From Octopus bimaculoides (Eukaryota), in the NCBI RefSeq assembly GCF_001194135.2, contig NC_068996.1:29527166-29583647 (forward strand): 56,482 bases of DNA. The letters run 5' to 3'. Positions 52,965-56,482 of the stretch are shown here, one piece after another. Position numbers and translations under genes: made by a program. Each line of letters begins with the position of its first letter. Positions within the stretch are counted from its first letter, which is position 1. The notes under the pieces were generated by a model, which searched no databases, had not been told where the DNA came from, and saw only the letters and a program-made list of their open reading frames with translations.

Positions 52965-53637
52965 AGCTGTTAATAAACACCAACAAAATAAAATGCCTAA
53001 AAAATGTGAATTTTCATATACGATTATTGATGACGTCACTGCACAACAAAAGAACAAAAAAGTACCGGCAAGAATTCTGCGTTATGCCTAAAAAATAACT
53101 AAAGAATGAAAGCTACAGATAATAATTCTTCGTAACACTGCATAGAAACTCAGATACTTTATGTTGCAATAATTAATTACCTATGTATTTGATATATTGA
53201 AACCCTTTACAGAAATTAACCATATTATATATTAACTGAAAAATAATTATATGCAACAACATATACAATCACCGATGACCTCACTAGATAACTAAAAAAT
53301 GAAAATTACAGATAGGACAACCTATTTCTTTATTATATTAAACCCGTTTATAAGAATTAAACTTGTATAATAATTGAAAAATTATTATAATTGATAATAT
53401 ATATACAATTCTTGATGACTTCGCTGGATAACTGAACAATAAAAATAATACAGGTAGGTAGTAGTGTTCCAACAGCCATTTCAGGGGTACAGTAATACAG
53501 TAATTCATAGATTACTGTATTATACCCTCATATTTGGAATACCCTCAAATCTCCTTTTAAATATTATATATATGTACGCACATATATATGTGTGTGTGTG
53601 TGTGTGTGTGTATAGATGTATGTATATATGTTTGTGT

Positions 53638-53715
<78 letters not shown>

Positions 53716-54534
53716 TACATATGTATACATATATATATATATATATATACATGTATATATGCACACACACACACATATATATATATATATGCTTGTTGAC
53801 CATAACAATATGGAAAATACAAATGGAGGAAGCAAGGTAACTCATAACTCTCAGTTGTATAAGGAAAATAAAAACTTGCAACCCAGTAAAATGAGAAGAA
53901 AAAAAACAATAAAAGTGATAATCCGATAAAGTATGAAAATACTTATAACAGAAGCAATGAAGACAAAATAAGTATAAATACCAACATTAAGACAGATAGG
54001 AAACAGAGTACCCAAGAAAAAGCCTATGGTTAGGAACCATAACATTAGATAAACAAAATGGAAATAACCCTATGGACAAGAAAAATAGGCACAGCATTAT
54101 TAAAAATGATACTGTAAATGAAAATTGTAACTCTAAATTTAATATATAGGTACGTGATAGGATCTGAGGGATACAATTTCTATGTAGGCTCCACTGAAAA
54201 TTACACAAAGAGCAGAGTAGCTAACCATGAAAGCACCTTTAAAGATGGGAATAAAAATAGCTAGCACAAGTTTAAGAAGATTAATTTGGGAGATAATAGA
54301 TAAAAACAAGAATATAAACTAAAGTGGGAAGTAATTAACTGGGCAAAATCTTATACCACTGGAGATAATATGTGTGGAGGAAATTTTCCAGATAATAACT
54401 TCAAAGCATAAACTTATCAACAGTAAAAGAGAAAGAGGAGTATCTTAGCTGCACAAGAGGAAATACATATTTAAGAAATGCAATTAAATTTTTAAAAATT
54501 AAATAACAGTATGTCTAATACACAGTATTAAAAT

Positions 54535-54782
54535 TACTTCCCAACCACACTGTTCTGGGTTCAGTCTCACTACATGGTGCCTTGGGCAAGTGTTTTCTGC
54601 TATAGCCTTGGGCCAACCAAAGCCTTGTTAGTGGATTTGGTAGGAGGGAAATTGAAAGAAGCCTGCTGTATATAGACACATTTGTGTGTCTGTGTTTGTC
54701 CCTCCACCATTGCTTAACCACTGTTGATGTGTTCACATTCCTGCAACTTAGTGGTTCGAGTAAAGGCAGTGCTCCAGCACTG
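54535..54782 (+). mobile_element. CORE-like SINE, degenerate
   Basis: Aligns by eye to 55561-56020 with a deletion. Confidence 0.8.
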
Positions 54783-54883
54783 AATCTAATGTAACGGTAT
54801 ATATTTATATATGTATGTATATATACATTTATATATGTATGTATGTATATATACATTTATATATGTATATATATATATTTATG

Positions 54884-54958
<75 letters not shown>

Positions 54959-55524
54959 NNNNNNNNNNNNNNNNNNNNNNNNNNNNNNNNNNNNNNNNNN
55001 NNNNNNNNNNNNNNNNNNNNNNNNNNNNNNNNNNNNNNNNNNNNNNNNNNNNNNNNNNNNNNNNNNNNNNNNNNNNNNNNNNNNNNNNNNNNNNNNNNNN
55101 NNNNNNNNNNNNNNNNNNNNNNNNNNNNNNNNNNNNNNNNNNNNNNNNNNNNNNNNNNNNNNNNNNNNNNNNNNNNNNNNNNNNNNNNNNNNNNNNNNNN
55201 NNNNNNNNNNNNNNNNNNNNNNNNNNNNNNNNNNNNNNNNNNNNNNNNNNNNNNNNNNNNNNNNNNNNNNNNNNNNNNNNNNNNNNNNNNNNNNNNNNNN
55301 NNNNNNNNNNNNNNNNNNNNNNNNNNNNNNNNNNNNNNNNNNNNNNNNNNNNNNNNNNNNNNNNNNNNNNNNNNNNNNNNNNNNNNNNNNNNNNNNNNNN
55401 NNNNNNNNNNNNNNNNNNNNNNNNNNNNNNNNNNNNNNNNNNNNNNNNNNNNNNNNNNNNNNNNNNNNNNNNNNNNNNNNNNNNNNNNNNNNNNNNNNNN
55501 NNNNNNNNNNNNNNNNNNNNNNNN
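54959..55524. other. Assembly gap of 566 N
   Basis: N run flanked by (TA)n on both sides. Confidence 0.97.
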
Positions 55525-55560
<36 letters not shown>

Positions 55561-55563
<3 letters not shown>

Positions 55564-56020
55564 CGCAGAAGCGGCTGTGTGGTAAGTAGCTAGCTTACAA
55601 ACCACATGATTCCGGGTTCATTCCCACTGCGTGGCACCTTGGGCAAGTGTCTTCTAATATAGCCTCGGGCTGACCACAGCCTTATGAGTGAATTTGGTAG
55701 ACGGAAACTGAAAGAAGTCCGTCGTATGTGTGTGTGTGTGTATATATATATATCATCATCATCGTTTAATGTCCGCTTTCCATGCTAGCATGGGTTGGAC
55801 TATATATGTGTATGTATGTACGTATGTGTTTGTCCCCCGAACATCACTTGAGAGCCGATGGTGGTGTGTTTACGTCCCCGTAACCTAGCGGTTCAGCAAA
55901 AGAGACCGATAGAATAAGGACTAGGCTTCCAAAGAATAAGTCGTGTGATCGATTTGCTTGACTAAAGGCAGTGCTCCAGCATGGCTGCAGTCAAATGACT
56001 GAAACAAGTAAAAAGAGAGA
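55561..56020 (+). mobile_element. Full-length tRNA-derived SINE (CORE-like octopus family)
   Basis: A-box-like ggctgtgtgg, B-box-like gggttcattccc, CORE-like ggcaccttgggcaagt, an internal (TG/TA)n, and a 3' end aaatgactgaaacaagtaaaaagag. Many copies in the window. Confidence 0.88.
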
Positions 56021-56023
56021 CTA

Positions 56024-56056
<33 letters not shown>

Positions 56057-56443
56057 CGAAGTAAACAGTGGTAATAATATCAACTTAGTTTATACAAGTA
56101 ATTTTTACTCCCTTTTCATTTCCATCTAACTTAACAACACAATCTATCTCTGTAGATTAATAGACCACCCATCACCTTTATAAATTGTCAATCATTTAAT
56201 ATCTTACTAGTTAATATAAGCATCATTTTCCTATACATATAGCACTGCTTTAATATTCATCACCACACGACTACCGTGTGTATTTACGTACAAATGTATG
56301 TATATGAATGTGTGTGTCTATGTATGTGTATGTGTGTGTATATATGTGTGCATGTTTTGTGTATGTATGTGTGTGTACACATGTATGTATATGTATGAAA
56401 TTGTGTGTGTGCATATGTGTGTGTGTATATATTTGTATGTATA

Positions 56444-56482
<39 letters not shown>

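Noticed and set aside
54811-55605. ORFs of 239-260 aa
   Set aside because: Artefacts of (TA)n tracts and the N gap.
55561-55640. tRNA gene
   Set aside because: A/B boxes are present but continue into a SINE body; this is a tRNA-derived SINE head with no proper cloverleaf or terminator.

Overview
AT-rich, microsatellite-dense animal genomic DNA. The SINE/RTE repeat families point to an octopus; this is inferred from repeats, not shown directly. The one host gene I can support is a + strand CBP/p300 (CREB-binding protein) orthologue. Eight coding exons are visible: exon 1 (26424-26505), exon 2 (26707-27479), a Gln-rich exon (41526-42131), a Thr-rich/PsiKxE-rich exon (42276-42783), two bromodomain exons (42913-43031, 46651-46821) and two bromo-end/RING exons (46955-47112, 48314-48394). 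I find no TAZ1 or KIX exons, which probably lie in the 100-N gap at 29030-29129. The HAT and later exons are not seen (in the 566-N gap or beyond the window). The rest is intergenic or intronic and full of decayed elements: two tRNA-derived SINE families, RTE and CR1-like LINE fragments, a Penelope-like element with hammerhead-like motifs, a mariner, a Tc1 and several MITEs. The most notable observations are about 10 PsiKxE SUMO consensus sites in the CBP CRD1-equivalent region, two stop/start-overlapping uORFs before the CBP start codon, and a Tc1 whose inverted repeats contain the transposase C-terminus. TE boundaries were judged by eye and are approximate.
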